A stretch of 51,086 nucleotides of DNA from an uncultured Peptococcaceae bacterium (lineage in GTDB: Bacteria; Bacillota; UBA994), in NCBI GenBank assembly GCA_964349715.1, contig CAYGHR010000001.1, forward strand, positions 14,478 through 65,563, read 5' to 3'. Positions 29,545 to 38,276 of this stretch are shown here, piece after piece. The stretch's first letter is position 1, and each line of letters starts with the position of its first letter. A program made the position numbers and the translations under genes. Below the pieces are notes generated by a model. That model was not told the DNA's origin and ran no database searches. It saw only the letters and a program-made list of their open reading frames with translations.

Positions 29545-30217
29545 CTTGCTTTCCCCCATTATCGTGCAAATTCGAGAAAACCGCACTCCCTATCCTTAAC
29601 ATAGTGGCCCCCTCATCGAGAGCTAGTTCATAATCCGAGCTCATGCCCATCGACAAGTGTATCATGTCCGCCTTGCCAATCGGTGCCCGCCTGAACCCGT
29701 CGAACAGGGCCCTAACCTCGCGGAAAACGCGACGAATCACTGCGCGGTCATCGGTGTGCGGGCCTATCGCCATCAACCCTAATACCTTAACGCCGGGGAG
29801 CTTCCCCGCCAGAGTGAGAAAGTCAGCTACCTCATCTGGCCTAAAGCCTTGCTTGGATTCTTCCTCTGCCGCATTCACTTGGACTAAGCACGGGAAGCTA
29901 TCAGTCTCTCGCAGCGCCGTGCGATTTATTTCCTCCGCTAAGCGCCTGCTAGACAGCGAATGGTACAGAGCGAAGCGACCTCTAGCCAAGCGCACCTTGT
30001 TAGTCTGAAGTCTGCCTACAAAATGCCAGCTCACCGGCAAATCTAGGGCTGCCTGTTTCGTCAATGCCTCCTGCACCCGATTCTCGCCAAAATGTCTAAA
30101 CCCTAGATCATAAGCCACGCGTATCTCTTGTGGCCCAACCTCTTTGCTGACCGCTACAACCGTCACGCCGGGGTAGGTTTCGACCCTCGACAGCAGAGAA
30201 GCCAAACGGGGGTTCAT
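29534..30217 (-). CDS. yggS: PLP-binding protein YggS/YlmE
   Basis: ORF 29534..30217. VAVSK (PLP lysine), FGENRVQE and HFVGRLQTNK motifs are present. Confidence 0.9.
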   Translation of the reverse strand: MNPRLASLLSRVETYPGVTVVAVSKEVGPQEIRVAYDLGFRHFGENRVQEALTKQAALDLPVSWHFVGRLQTNKVRLARGRFALYHSLSSRRLAEEINRTALRETDSFPCLVQVNAAEEESKQGFRPDEVADFLTLAGKLPGVKVLGLMAIGPHTDDRAVIRRVFREVRALFDGFRRAPIGKADMIHLSMGMSSDYELALDEGATMLRIGSAVFSNLHDNGGKQDGR

Positions 30218-31461
30218 TGCGGTCTCCTCTCTGCGGGAACGGCTTTAGGGTTTGTCACGACCAACTCATCGGCGTTGAGACCGGACACCACGGCTCTGCC
30301 GGCATGCCTATGGCGCACCAGCACAGTCCGCTCCTCTAGCTCTCCGCTGGCGGTTTGTACATACACCACGTCTTTGGCATCTCTGGTTAGCAGGGCACGC
30401 AGGGGTATCCGCGTGAGAGTCTCTCCCTGCGGTTGCACGGAGACCTGCGCTATGCGGGTAGTAAGGAGTGACGCCGGTGGGTCTGCCACGTCTAGCGCTA
30501 TTAGGCTGCTGCTCCCACCGTCTGTAACCAAAGACGACACGCTGGCCGCCAGCACAGCTTGCCCGTACACAACCTCCACCTCGCTCCCAAGCGCCACAGA
30601 CCCGGCCTCTAGGAGCAAGACAACCCTCTTGGGGTCAACTATAGAGCCAATCGCCTGCCCCGCCGCGATAGTGTCCATGTTTCCCAGCGCATTTGGGTTT
30701 CTGCTGACTTGTCGGAAGGTGGCAAGGGGAAGTGAGCGATAGTCATCCACTCGCAGCTCATCCTCCCACCCGTCTAAGGCAAAGTTCAGAACACCTGAGA
30801 GAGGTGACGCTACAGACAAGATTGCCTGCCGACGCTGGTTTTGTAGCTCTGCCCGACGCGCCGCAAACTGCTCTTGTGAGCGAGCAGCAAAAGTGTACTC
30901 CTCCCTAGCATTTTGTGCGGTCCGATTTGCCGCCGATAGATCGGTGAATGTCCGCACGGCTTGCGTGCTGTCGCCATTTCTCAGGTAGAAAGCGTAGCGC
31001 GTGGCAAGGTCGCGCACTACAGCCTGCGCAGCGGCTAACTCGGTGCTAAGATGCGCGATGACTTCCGCCGACTGCGCTTGGCTCGTCGCCATGCGCTCTG
31101 CTTCGTCCGCGAGCTGCCGGTCTATCGCAACCAAGCGGTTTACGTCCACGATCTCAAACATGATCTCCCCTGCGGATATGCTGCTGCCATGCATATGCAA
31201 CTGATTGAGCACACCGGCTCTTTCCGCCGCCACCACTACCTCATCCCGCAACACCACAGCCTTACCGGCAAGCAAGGGCTCATTGGCCAGAACAACTCGC
31301 TCTACGCGCAGCTCGGGAAACACGGTGCGAAAGGCGACGCGAGAGCAACTAAACAACCCGTACCCCAGACCCACGATGACCAGTAAGAGCAGGAGGCGTC
31401 TTAGAGGCCGGAAGCGACGCTTCCTGCGTCCATACGGTGCACGATGTTTAAGCCCGTTCAA
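30214..31461 (-). CDS. HlyD-family membrane-fusion (periplasmic adaptor)-like protein, N-terminally anchored
   Basis: ORF 30214..31461. Basic N-terminus plus TM (RRKRRFRPLRRLLLLLVIVGLGYGLF), a split lipoyl-like hairpin around a long Ala/Gln/Arg coiled coil, and C-terminal beta-barrel-like regions. TTG start follows GGGAGGGAAG. ATGA overlap with yggS. Confidence 0.65.
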   Translation of the reverse strand: MNGLKHRAPYGRRKRRFRPLRRLLLLLVIVGLGYGLFSCSRVAFRTVFPELRVERVVLANEPLLAGKAVVLRDEVVVAAERAGVLNQLHMHGSSISAGEIMFEIVDVNRLVAIDRQLADEAERMATSQAQSAEVIAHLSTELAAAQAVVRDLATRYAFYLRNGDSTQAVRTFTDLSAANRTAQNAREEYTFAARSQEQFAARRAELQNQRRQAILSVASPLSGVLNFALDGWEDELRVDDYRSLPLATFRQVSRNPNALGNMDTIAAGQAIGSIVDPKRVVLLLEAGSVALGSEVEVVYGQAVLAASVSSLVTDGGSSSLIALDVADPPASLLTTRIAQVSVQPQGETLTRIPLRALLTRDAKDVVYVQTASGELEERTVLVRHRHAGRAVVSGLNADELVVTNPKAVPAERRPQ

Positions 31462-31560
31462 CCCTCACTTCCCTCCCTTGTGACCCCGTGCTAATTTACT
31501 TCTGGAAAAGTTGCTCTACTCCTGCTAACGTGCAAAAGTTCGCCCGCTCTTCTGTGCTTC

Positions 31561-32022
31561 TCATGTGGCGCGAATGCGTAGCAAACGCTCAAGTTCCCCC
31601 ACAAAGTTGTGTATATCCGTAAATTGCCGATATACAGACGCAAACCTTACATAAGCTACCTCATCAATGTGGCGTAGTTTCTCCATGACCAACTCCCCAA
31701 TGCGGCTGGAAGGCACCTCCGCGGTGGACTCCTGTTGCAGCTTCGCTTCAATCTGTGACACTGCCTCCTCCAGCACTTGGAGGGGGACAGGCCGCTTCTC
31801 ACACGCGCGCAATAGCCCCGCGAGTATTTTCGCCCTGCTAAACAGCTCTCGTCGCCCATCCTTCTTCATAACCACCAGCGGCTGCTCCTCGGGTCGCTCG
31901 TAGGTTGTGAATCGGCGCAAGCACTTGGGGCACTCACGGCGGCGACGAATGGCGCTCTCCTCACTGGTGGGACGACTATCCACCACCCTGCTATCGAGCT
32001 GACTGCAATACGGACATTTCAT
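31561..32022 (-). CDS. nrdR: Transcriptional repressor NrdR
   Basis: ORF 31561..32031. MKCPYC..(zinc ribbon)..CPKC followed by an ATP-cone. ATG at 32022 gives the canonical N-terminus. Confidence 0.92.
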   Translation of the reverse strand: MKCPYCSQLDSRVVDSRPTSEESAIRRRRECPKCLRRFTTYERPEEQPLVVMKKDGRRELFSRAKILAGLLRACEKRPVPLQVLEEAVSQIEAKLQQESTAEVPSSRIGELVMEKLRHIDEVAYVRFASVYRQFTDIHNFVGELERLLRIRAT

Positions 32023-32116
32023 TCGTGCCACCGCTCCTTACTTCATACTTGCGGCCACATGCGACATGGGGCCCGTTGTCTCTTGCCTCTTGTACTTATC
32101 CTACTACATCTTGGGG

Positions 32117-32144
32117 GTAAAAGAAAAGGCGCCTTACGGCGCTT
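32117..32144 (-). terminator. Rho-independent terminator after ylmC
   Basis: The minus strand reads AGCGCC-GTAA-GGCGCC followed by TTTTCTTTTAC, a few nt after the stop at 32148. Confidence 0.65.
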
Positions 32145-32147
32145 AGG

Positions 32148-32396
32148 CTATGCTTCATCTTCGATATAGGCTATGTCTTCCACCGGCAGGTCCACGAGAA
32201 TGACATCCACGCCGATTTTGACTATTTTCTCCCACGGGACGTAAATATCGTTGTCTCGGCCAAACAACCCTAAGATCTTTCCACCGCCGGGAATGACAAT
32301 GCCCTTGACGCGACCTGCTACCAGATCGATTTCCAGGTCACCAATCAGACCAAGGCGCTTCCCGTCTAACACGCTGATTACTTCCTTAGTTCGCAA
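32148..32396 (-). CDS. ylmC: YlmC/YmxH family sporulation protein (PRC-barrel)
   Basis: ORF 32148..32396. VISVLDGKRLGLIGDLEIDLVAGRVKGIVIPG. TTG start. Confidence 0.85.
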   Translation of the reverse strand: MRTKEVISVLDGKRLGLIGDLEIDLVAGRVKGIVIPGGGKILGLFGRDNDIYVPWEKIVKIGVDVILVDLPVEDIAYIEDEA

Positions 32397-32480
32397 TTCT
32401 GAGATCCTTAACAGCGTGCCTCACCCCCGTGCGTGGCTAGTCGTTCTCCACACTATATGCCCAAGCAGCGCTCAAGTTGC

Positions 32481-33014
32481 CTAGTTAACGACTATTCTGC
32501 GCCACAATCCTCGCAGTAGGTTAAGCAGGGCAAACTCATAGCGAACCCCTTCTCCTCTGCGCGCCACCCCCGGAACGTAGCAGAGGGGAGGATACATGAT
32601 GCACCACCAGTTGCTTCCCTGCCCCGCACCAAGGCGTATGTAAAGCGCTCTGTATACGCCTGCGGGCAGAACCACCTGTCGGTATGCCCTTGTCGGGAAG
32701 AGAAAACTTCCCCACATGACTTTCACCGCATGCGGCGAACCTAAACTTCGCAACTTAGCTGACACAATAGTCTCAAACTGCGGCAGCCCCTTCGTGACTA
32801 GGGCTACGGCATCCTGGGAGCTTTGGGCATTCTCAAGCAGTTTCGCCACTTCTGTGAGTAGCACATCCCGCACAGCCTCCTTTACACGCTGCTCGGCCGC
32901 AGTATTGTCGTGAGCGAGCACATGCAGGCGGATGACCTGTGGTGGCTTGGCTGTGGCCACCGTGTGCGGCACTAAAAGCATCAACACGAGCAGGCCCATA
33001 ACAATCTTAATCAT
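32481..33014 (-). CDS. spoIIR: Stage II sporulation protein R (forespore signal for pro-sigma-E processing)
   Basis: ORF 32481..33014. Signal peptide, then IRLHVLAHDNTAAEQRVKEAVRDVLL and GSNWWCIMYPPLCY. The ATG overlaps the sigG stop (ATGATTAA). Confidence 0.88.
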   Translation of the reverse strand: MIKIVMGLLVLMLLVPHTVATAKPPQVIRLHVLAHDNTAAEQRVKEAVRDVLLTEVAKLLENAQSSQDAVALVTKGLPQFETIVSAKLRSLGSPHAVKVMWGSFLFPTRAYRQVVLPAGVYRALYIRLGAGQGSNWWCIMYPPLCYVPGVARRGEGVRYEFALLNLLRGLWRRIVVN

Positions 33015-33798
33015 CTGATTGACCGCGCGGCGCGATGAGTTTCCTCATGTGCCCAAGAGCTGCCTTCTCGAGACGCGACACCTGCGCCTGGGATATACCT
33101 ATCTCCTCCGCGACCTCCATCTGCGTCTTGCCTGAGAAGAAACGCAGGTTGAGTATGTGGCGCTCCCTCTCGCTCAGGCGATGCAGAGCCTCCTTGATGG
33201 CGATCCCTTCCACCCAGTAAGTGTCTTGATCCCTTTCACTTTTGACTTGGTCCATGATGTAGATGGGGTCGCCCCCCTCTTGGTAGATGGGGTCAAAGAG
33301 CGATACCGGTTCCTGAATAGCATCAAGGGCGAACACCACTTCTTCGCGCGATATCTTAAGCTCATCCGCAATCTCACTAATGGTCGGCTCACGTGCGTTC
33401 CGGTTGACAAGAGCGTCTCGCACCTGCAAGGCTTTGTAGGCAATGTCACGGAGGGAGCGGCTGACGCGGATGGGGTTATTGTCGCGCAGATAACGGCGTA
33501 TCTCGCCAATGACCATGGGTACGGCATAGGTGGAGAATTTAACGTTGTGGCTGAGATCAAAGTTGTCTATTGCTTTCATTAGTCCTATGCATCCCACTTG
33601 AAACAGGTCATCCACGAATTCGCCGCGGTTGTTAAAGCGCTGTATAACGCTTAGAACCAAGCGCAGATTGCCCATGATGAGTGTTTCGCGAGCTGATGTA
33701 TCGCCCTTCTGCATGGCCACAAAGAGCTCACGCATCTTGGCATTAGTGAGCACCTGCAGCTTAGCGGTGTTCACACCACAAATCTCTACCCGGTTCAC
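33007..33798 (-). CDS. sigG: RNA polymerase sporulation sigma factor SigG
   Basis: ORF 33007..33798. GNLRLVLSVIQRFNNRGEFVDDLFQVGCIGLMKAIDNFD and a 4.2 region QMEVAEEIGISQAQVSRLEK. Position directly after sigE. GTG start follows GGGAGGAG. Confidence 0.9.
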   Translation of the reverse strand: MNRVEICGVNTAKLQVLTNAKMRELFVAMQKGDTSARETLIMGNLRLVLSVIQRFNNRGEFVDDLFQVGCIGLMKAIDNFDLSHNVKFSTYAVPMVIGEIRRYLRDNNPIRVSRSLRDIAYKALQVRDALVNRNAREPTISEIADELKISREEVVFALDAIQEPVSLFDPIYQEGGDPIYIMDQVKSERDQDTYWVEGIAIKEALHRLSERERHILNLRFFSGKTQMEVAEEIGISQAQVSRLEKAALGHMRKLIAPRGQSDD

Positions 33799-33829
33799 GT
33801 TCTCACTCCTCCCGTTGCACTACATCATG

Positions 33830-33859
33830 ATTATCACCACGATGAGGCCACGTTTATAC
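33830..33859 (-). promoter_or_regulatory. Candidate sigma-F/G-type forespore promoter for sigG(-spoIIR)
   Basis: The minus strand reads GTATA (33859-33855), 16-nt spacer, GGTGATAAT (33838-33830). The -10 fits GGnnAnAnT. The spacer is 1 nt longer than the N15 I remember for sigma-F. Confidence 0.45.
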
Positions 33860-33902
33860 GGGAGAGAGAAAAATATCCATGACTCTATCTAAATAGGCAA
33901 AT

Positions 33903-34637
33903 CTACTCCATCTTCCTAAATTCTCGCCGCAACCTGCCGAGGATGCGTTTTTCTAACCGTGAGATGTAGGACTGTGATATGCCTAAGAGGTCGGCCACTT
34001 CTTTCTGCGTGCGGTCGCGGCCGTCGGCTAGCCCGAATCGAAGCTGCATTATCTGGCGTTCGCGGCTCTCTAGTTTGCCTAATGCGCTGTTTAGCAACAC
34101 CCTGTCGACTTCCGCCTCAACGGCGCGGTGCACCTCACTCCCCTCAATGGGGATGACATCAGACAGCAAAAGCTCGTTGCCATCCCAATCTACGTTCAGC
34201 GGTTCGTCAAGGGAGACCTCAGCCTTGAGTTTCTGGGTACGCCTCAAGTACATGAGAATCTCGTTTTCAATACAACGTGAGGCATAGGTGGCCAACTTAA
34301 TGTTGCGGTTCGGATTAAACGTATTGACAGCCTTAATCAGACCGATGGAGCCAATAGAGACTAAGTCCTCGATCAAGACCCCAGTGTTCTCGAACTTTCT
34401 AGCAATGTAAACCACCAGCCGTAAGTTGCGCTCAATGAGTATGGTCTTAACGGCGTGGTCTCCTTGCCGCAGTCTTTCCACGAGAAAGTGTTCTTCCTCC
34501 TCGCTTAGCGGCGGGGGTAAGGCCTCACTGCTGCCAATGAAATAGATGTACTTGGGGGCAATTTGCACCCCAAGGTATGAAAACGCATGTATGACAAAGA
34601 GCCGCCACCTAAGCCTCCATAAAGAAAACAGTTTCAC
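33903..34637 (-). CDS. sigE: RNA polymerase sporulation sigma factor SigE (pro-protein)
   Basis: ORF 33903..34652. GTG at 34637 follows GGGAGGGG and gives [31 protein letters not shown] (pro-sequence plus cleavage context as in B. subtilis pro-sigma-E). Confidence 0.9.
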   Translation of the reverse strand: MKLFSLWRLRWRLFVIHAFSYLGVQIAPKYIYFIGSSEALPPPLSEEEEHFLVERLRQGDHAVKTILIERNLRLVVYIARKFENTGVLIEDLVSIGSIGLIKAVNTFNPNRNIKLATYASRCIENEILMYLRRTQKLKAEVSLDEPLNVDWDGNELLLSDVIPIEGSEVHRAVEAEVDRVLLNSALGKLESRERQIMQLRFGLADGRDRTQKEVADLLGISQSYISRLEKRILGRLRREFRKME

Positions 34638-34653
34638 TATTGCCCCTCCCACC

Positions 34654-35544
34654 TTAAGATAGCGGCCATAAGGCCCGGGGCAGTAGCGCCCCTTTGCCGG
34701 TTAGCCGAACCTCGCCCACTGCAAAGGCCACCACTGCCTCAATGGCATGCCACCCTCCCCTAGACTCAACCTCACAGACTTCAGGTCTTATGGCCAACAT
34801 GAGTCCGCTGGCAGCTACAGTAGTGTAGGGAATAAGCGTAACTCTGCCAATGACGCCGTCGGGCAGTCGACTGATTTGCTCCCCATCACCTTCCTGCCAA
34901 CGCTCGATGGCCTCACGCAACCTAGGTGGCAGATGCTCGGCTACCAGTGCAGTATCCACCACTACGACAGGGCGACATGTAAAGGGCTCCACCAATGTGT
35001 TCCCTGTGTCGAGAACTGCATCTAACTCAACTGTGGCCCCGTCCACGCGAAAGCGAAATCGCCCCGCAGCTTCTATGACCCTAACGCATGCCGCTAGGTA
35101 GCTCCACATGCGCCTAAGAGGGAGACTCAACAGCAAAGGCCCGCCTGCCACCAAGTACCATCCGACAGAGGGTGGGCTCAGTCCGCTAGAGGTATGAGAG
35201 AGCGCAGCGGCATATGTTACCCCTGCACTAAAGGCGGAAAGAGCAACGAGCGTTGCCGTTTGTTTGAGGAGGGTCGACACAGTGACCGGGCGAAAGCACA
35301 ACGCGACCATAAGCGCAGCTACAACCCCTTTGAGGATTAGCTCCCGCGTGATGGTGAGGGGGACCAAGACCCATGTAAAGGCAGCGACAGCCCCCAAGGC
35401 GGCAGAGCCACACAACTGCCATGGACGCACTCTCCGGCGTGCCAATATGGCGGTAGCCCACAACAGCCAGTAATTCATGCCGAAGTTAAGCAAGAACAAC
35501 AAATCAAAATAGACTACGATAAGAACACCCCCTTCGAGCAGCAT
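34654..35544 (-). CDS. spoIIGA: Sigma-E processing peptidase SpoIIGA
   Basis: ORF 34654..35544. Five hydrophobic segments, [12 protein letters not shown]-terminus and the aspartic protease motif [10 protein letters not shown]. The exact start is uncertain (see finding). Confidence 0.88.
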   Translation of the reverse strand: MLLEGGVLIVVYFDLLFLLNFGMNYWLLWATAILARRRVRPWQLCGSAALGAVAAFTWVLVPLTITRELILKGVVAALMVALCFRPVTVSTLLKQTATLVALSAFSAGVTYAAALSHTSSGLSPPSVGWYLVAGGPLLLSLPLRRMWSYLAACVRVIEAAGRFRFRVDGATVELDAVLDTGNTLVEPFTCRPVVVVDTALVAEHLPPRLREAIERWQEGDGEQISRLPDGVIGRVTLIPYTTVAASGLMLAIRPEVCEVESRGGWHAIEAVVAFAVGEVRLTGKGALLPRALWPLS

Positions 35545-35577
35545 TATACTGCCAAGGGGGTGTTGGAATATGTCGTT
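35543..35577 (-). promoter_or_regulatory. Candidate spoIIG-type promoter: 0A-box-like/-35-like element, 22-bp spacer, TATAAT
   Basis: The minus strand reads AACGACA (0A box in reverse orientation; the plus strand reads TGTCGTT 35571-35577), containing ACGACA as a -35-like hexamer. Then exactly 22 nt, then TATAAT (35548-35543). Confidence 0.3.
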
Positions 35578-35590
35578 TGGTGTTAATCTC

Positions 35591-36649
35591 TTACTTCTCT
35601 AACAAGCGTTTTTTGCGCATAAACGTAGGGATGTCTAACTGCTCATCGTCGTACGGACTAATCGTAATCCCATCTAGGAAACGCTCACGGGATTTTCGCC
35701 CGTCAAAACCCGTGGCGATTACCGTCACGCGCACTTCCTCGCCTAATCTTTCGTCAATCACAGCCCCCAGTATGATGTTGGCATCGGGGTCAACTGCGGC
35801 GGCGACTGTCTCAGCGGCCTCGTTAATCTCATGCAGGCCCATCGATAGTCCGCCGGTGAAACTCAGGAGCAATCCCCTCGCCCCATCAATGGTTGTTTCC
35901 AGCAAGGGGCTGGACATGGCTTGCTTGGCAGCCGCCATAGCCCGTCCTTCTCCTGAACCGATGCCTATTCCCATCAGAGCAGAGCCCGCGCTAGACATCA
36001 CAGTCTTTACATCCGCAAAGTCAACGTTAATCAGCCCAGGGATCATAATGACATCAGATATGCCTTGTACGCCTTGCCGGAGCACATCGTCGGCGATACG
36101 AAATGCCTCCGGTAAGGTGGCCTTCTTGTCCACGACCTGGAGCAAGCGATCATTAGGAATAGTTATAATGGCGTCTACCTTCTCCTTGAGGGCCGCGATG
36201 CCCCGCTCCGCTTGCGCGAGGCGCTTTCGCCCCTCAATCGAGAAAGGTTTAGTGACGACGCCAACCGTAAGCGCGCCAATCTCCCGCGCCACTTCGGCTA
36301 CAATCGGTGCTGCCCCGGTACCCGTTCCGCCGCCCATCCCCGCGGTGACAAAGACCATGTCTGCACCCTTAATAGCTTTAAGAATCAAGTCGCGGCTTTC
36401 CTCTGCCGCCTTAACTCCTATGTCTGGGTTAGACCCGGCGCCTAGTCCTCGAGTTAGCTTCTCTCCAATCTGCACTTTGTGGGTAGCCTTAGAGGACGCT
36501 AACGCTTGGGCATCGGTGTTAATGGCAATAAACTCCGCTCCCTTAAGTCCGGCTTCGATCATGCGGTTGACGCCGTTATTGCCCCCCCCGCCGACTCCTA
36601 CAACTTTGATCCTAGCATAAGGACTAAATTCCAGATCCCATTCACCCAT
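35591..36649 (-). CDS. ftsZ: Cell division protein FtsZ
   Basis: ORF 35591..36649. [25 protein letters not shown] and a C-terminal DIPTFMRKK peptide are present. Confidence 0.97.
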   Translation of the reverse strand: MGEWDLEFSPYARIKVVGVGGGGNNGVNRMIEAGLKGAEFIAINTDAQALASSKATHKVQIGEKLTRGLGAGSNPDIGVKAAEESRDLILKAIKGADMVFVTAGMGGGTGTGAAPIVAEVAREIGALTVGVVTKPFSIEGRKRLAQAERGIAALKEKVDAIITIPNDRLLQVVDKKATLPEAFRIADDVLRQGVQGISDVIMIPGLINVDFADVKTVMSSAGSALMGIGIGSGEGRAMAAAKQAMSSPLLETTIDGARGLLLSFTGGLSMGLHEINEAAETVAAAVDPDANIILGAVIDERLGEEVRVTVIATGFDGRKSRERFLDGITISPYDDEQLDIPTFMRKKRLLEK

Positions 36650-36667
36650 CGTGGTCCCTCCCCCAAG

Positions 36668-37873
36668 CTACTCCCAAAAATCCTGCCAAATGCCTTTGAC
36701 CCTAGCCCATGCGCCTTTTGCAGTCCTGCCCGACGACGGCTGGTGTGTTAGTTTTAACTGCGAAGCACAATGTGCGGCTACCGCAAAGGCTGTGTTAAAC
36801 CCTGGGTCGTCAACGGAATCAACTGCCTGCAATTTTACCCGCACGATACCGCCAAGTAGACGCTCTGCCAAGCGTGCCAAAGCCTTAGTCTTCAATGTGC
36901 CGCCCGTAAGAATGATGCCGGCGGGTGCGGCCTCCCGACCGCTCATGACTTCACCTTGTTGACAAATCAGTTTCAGTAACTCTTCAAAGCGAGGTTCCAG
37001 CACATCGATAATCTGCCGCGGCTGCACGCGCCTTGACTCCACGTGCCCAAACGCCTGCAAATCGAAAGATCTGTCCTCGGGCATGGAGAACCAGTCCACC
37101 TCGGTCTTAAGTTTCTCGGCAGTAGGTAGACTAATCTTTAGTCCCACCGCAAGATCGTTAGAAACGCTAGCCCCCCCAATTGGCACTACGCAGATAGACT
37201 TCAGTGCGCCTTCTTCGAAGTAGGACATTTCTGTTACTCCGGCCCCAATATCCACGAGCTGCACGCCCAGCTCTCTCTCCTCTGGACTAAGCACGAGTTC
37301 CCCTAAGGCTAGGGGTTTAAGCACAAATGAGGCAGTGGAGTACCCGGCGCGTTCTACGGTGCGCCGCAAAGTCGATAGAGCTGTGAGGTTACCTACCACC
37401 AGTGAGGCGTCTAGCTCTAGTCTCATCCCTACCATGCGTGAAGGGTCTTTCAGCCCACCATAACCGTCAACTATGTATTGTCTTGGAATAAGGTCTACAA
37501 TCTCGCGGTTAGGGGGGAGACTTACCACTTTGGCGGCTTGTACTACCCTCAATATGTCGTCATCACTTACTTCGTACTTCTCGCTCTGTACGGTGACAAT
37601 ACCCCGCGTAGGCTGCAAAGCAACATGCAACGTCGACAACGCGACATAGACTGCACCAACTCTAACCCCCGCCATACGTTCGGCAGAGGAAACAGCCTCC
37701 TGCACAGTGCGGGCACAAGCGTCTACATCAACGATAAGTCCTTTGCGCAGACCTTGACTGGGGCGCTGGCACAAACCGGCCACCCGCAGCTCACCCCGGC
37801 TGTTGACCTCCGCTAGGACACAGCGCGTGGTAGCCGTACCAATATCTAAGCTAGCTATCACGTCTCGTGGCAT
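36668..37873 (-). CDS. ftsA: Cell division protein FtsA
   Basis: ORF 36668..37873. Actin-fold motifs LDIGTATTRCV, VDIGAGVTE and GGTLK are present. RBS is GGGAGG. Confidence 0.95.
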   Translation of the reverse strand: MPRDVIASLDIGTATTRCVLAEVNSRGELRVAGLCQRPSQGLRKGLIVDVDACARTVQEAVSSAERMAGVRVGAVYVALSTLHVALQPTRGIVTVQSEKYEVSDDDILRVVQAAKVVSLPPNREIVDLIPRQYIVDGYGGLKDPSRMVGMRLELDASLVVGNLTALSTLRRTVERAGYSTASFVLKPLALGELVLSPEERELGVQLVDIGAGVTEMSYFEEGALKSICVVPIGGASVSNDLAVGLKISLPTAEKLKTEVDWFSMPEDRSFDLQAFGHVESRRVQPRQIIDVLEPRFEELLKLICQQGEVMSGREAAPAGIILTGGTLKTKALARLAERLLGGIVRVKLQAVDSVDDPGFNTAFAVAAHCASQLKLTHQPSSGRTAKGAWARVKGIWQDFWE

Positions 37874-37897
37874 ATCGATACCTCCCGCTGCTTACCG

Positions 37898-37924
37898 TTT
37901 CGACAAATCGCAGCGATTTCCTCT
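37898..37924 (-). promoter_or_regulatory. Candidate sigma-H-type promoter upstream of ftsA (overlaps a perfect Spo0A-box heptamer)
   Basis: The minus strand reads AGAGGAAA (37924-37917; fits RnAGGwWW), 12-nt spacer, GTCGAAA (37904-37898; fits RnnGAAT except the last base). TGTCGAA (37905-37899) is the 0A-box consensus. Confidence 0.35.
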
Positions 37925-37936
37925 TGGCATTGTGGT

Positions 37937-38272
37937 TTATTTAACGCGCAGCAAAATAAGCCTGCGTATCAAAGCAAGATTTTGGAATATCCTAACCCCA
38001 AAGGCTACTAAGGCGGCTAAATAGAGGTTGATCCCAATGCGGTCACCAACAAAGGCCAGCAGCGCGGCCAAGAGAGTGTTGCTGAGTAAGCCGGTAACAA
38101 AAATGTTGTCCTCAAAGTGTTTCTCTAGCGCGGCGCGTAGTCCCCCAAGCAGGGAGTCAAAGGCGGCCAACAGCGCCACCGCCGTGTAAGGGGCATAGTG
38201 GGGTGGCACCGTAAGTTCACCGAAGAAGCCAATGGTCAAGCCTAAGACCACCCCCAATAGCGGCAGCAACAT
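37937..38272 (-). CDS. sbp: Small basic protein Sbp (DUF1290)
   Basis: ORF 37937..38308. ATG at 38272 follows GAGGGGAGG. The sequence MLLPLLGVVLGL..LDSLLGGLRA..FGVRIFQNLALIRR is typical, and the gene sits just upstream of ftsA. Confidence 0.85.
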   Translation of the reverse strand: MLLPLLGVVLGLTIGFFGELTVPPHYAPYTAVALLAAFDSLLGGLRAALEKHFEDNIFVTGLLSNTLLAALLAFVGDRIGINLYLAALVAFGVRIFQNLALIRRLILLRVK

Positions 38273-38276
38273 ACGT

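Noticed and set aside
32097-32116. NrdR box upstream of nrdR (CTACTACATCTTGGGG)
   Set aside because: Only about 9 of 16 positions match the palindromic NrdR-box consensus as I remember it, and no second tandem box is visible. This is too weak to call.
35577-36620. 347-aa plus-strand ORF opposite ftsZ
   Set aside because: It has a low-complexity Ser/Ala/Pro composition, and the minus strand encodes an unmistakable FtsZ. The same reasoning applies to other long antisense ORFs, for example 20932..21495, 21523..22038 and 23116..23529 opposite the Ca-ATPase; 39833..40279 opposite murA; 47664..48248 opposite the PBP; and 30128..30742 opposite the HlyD-like gene.
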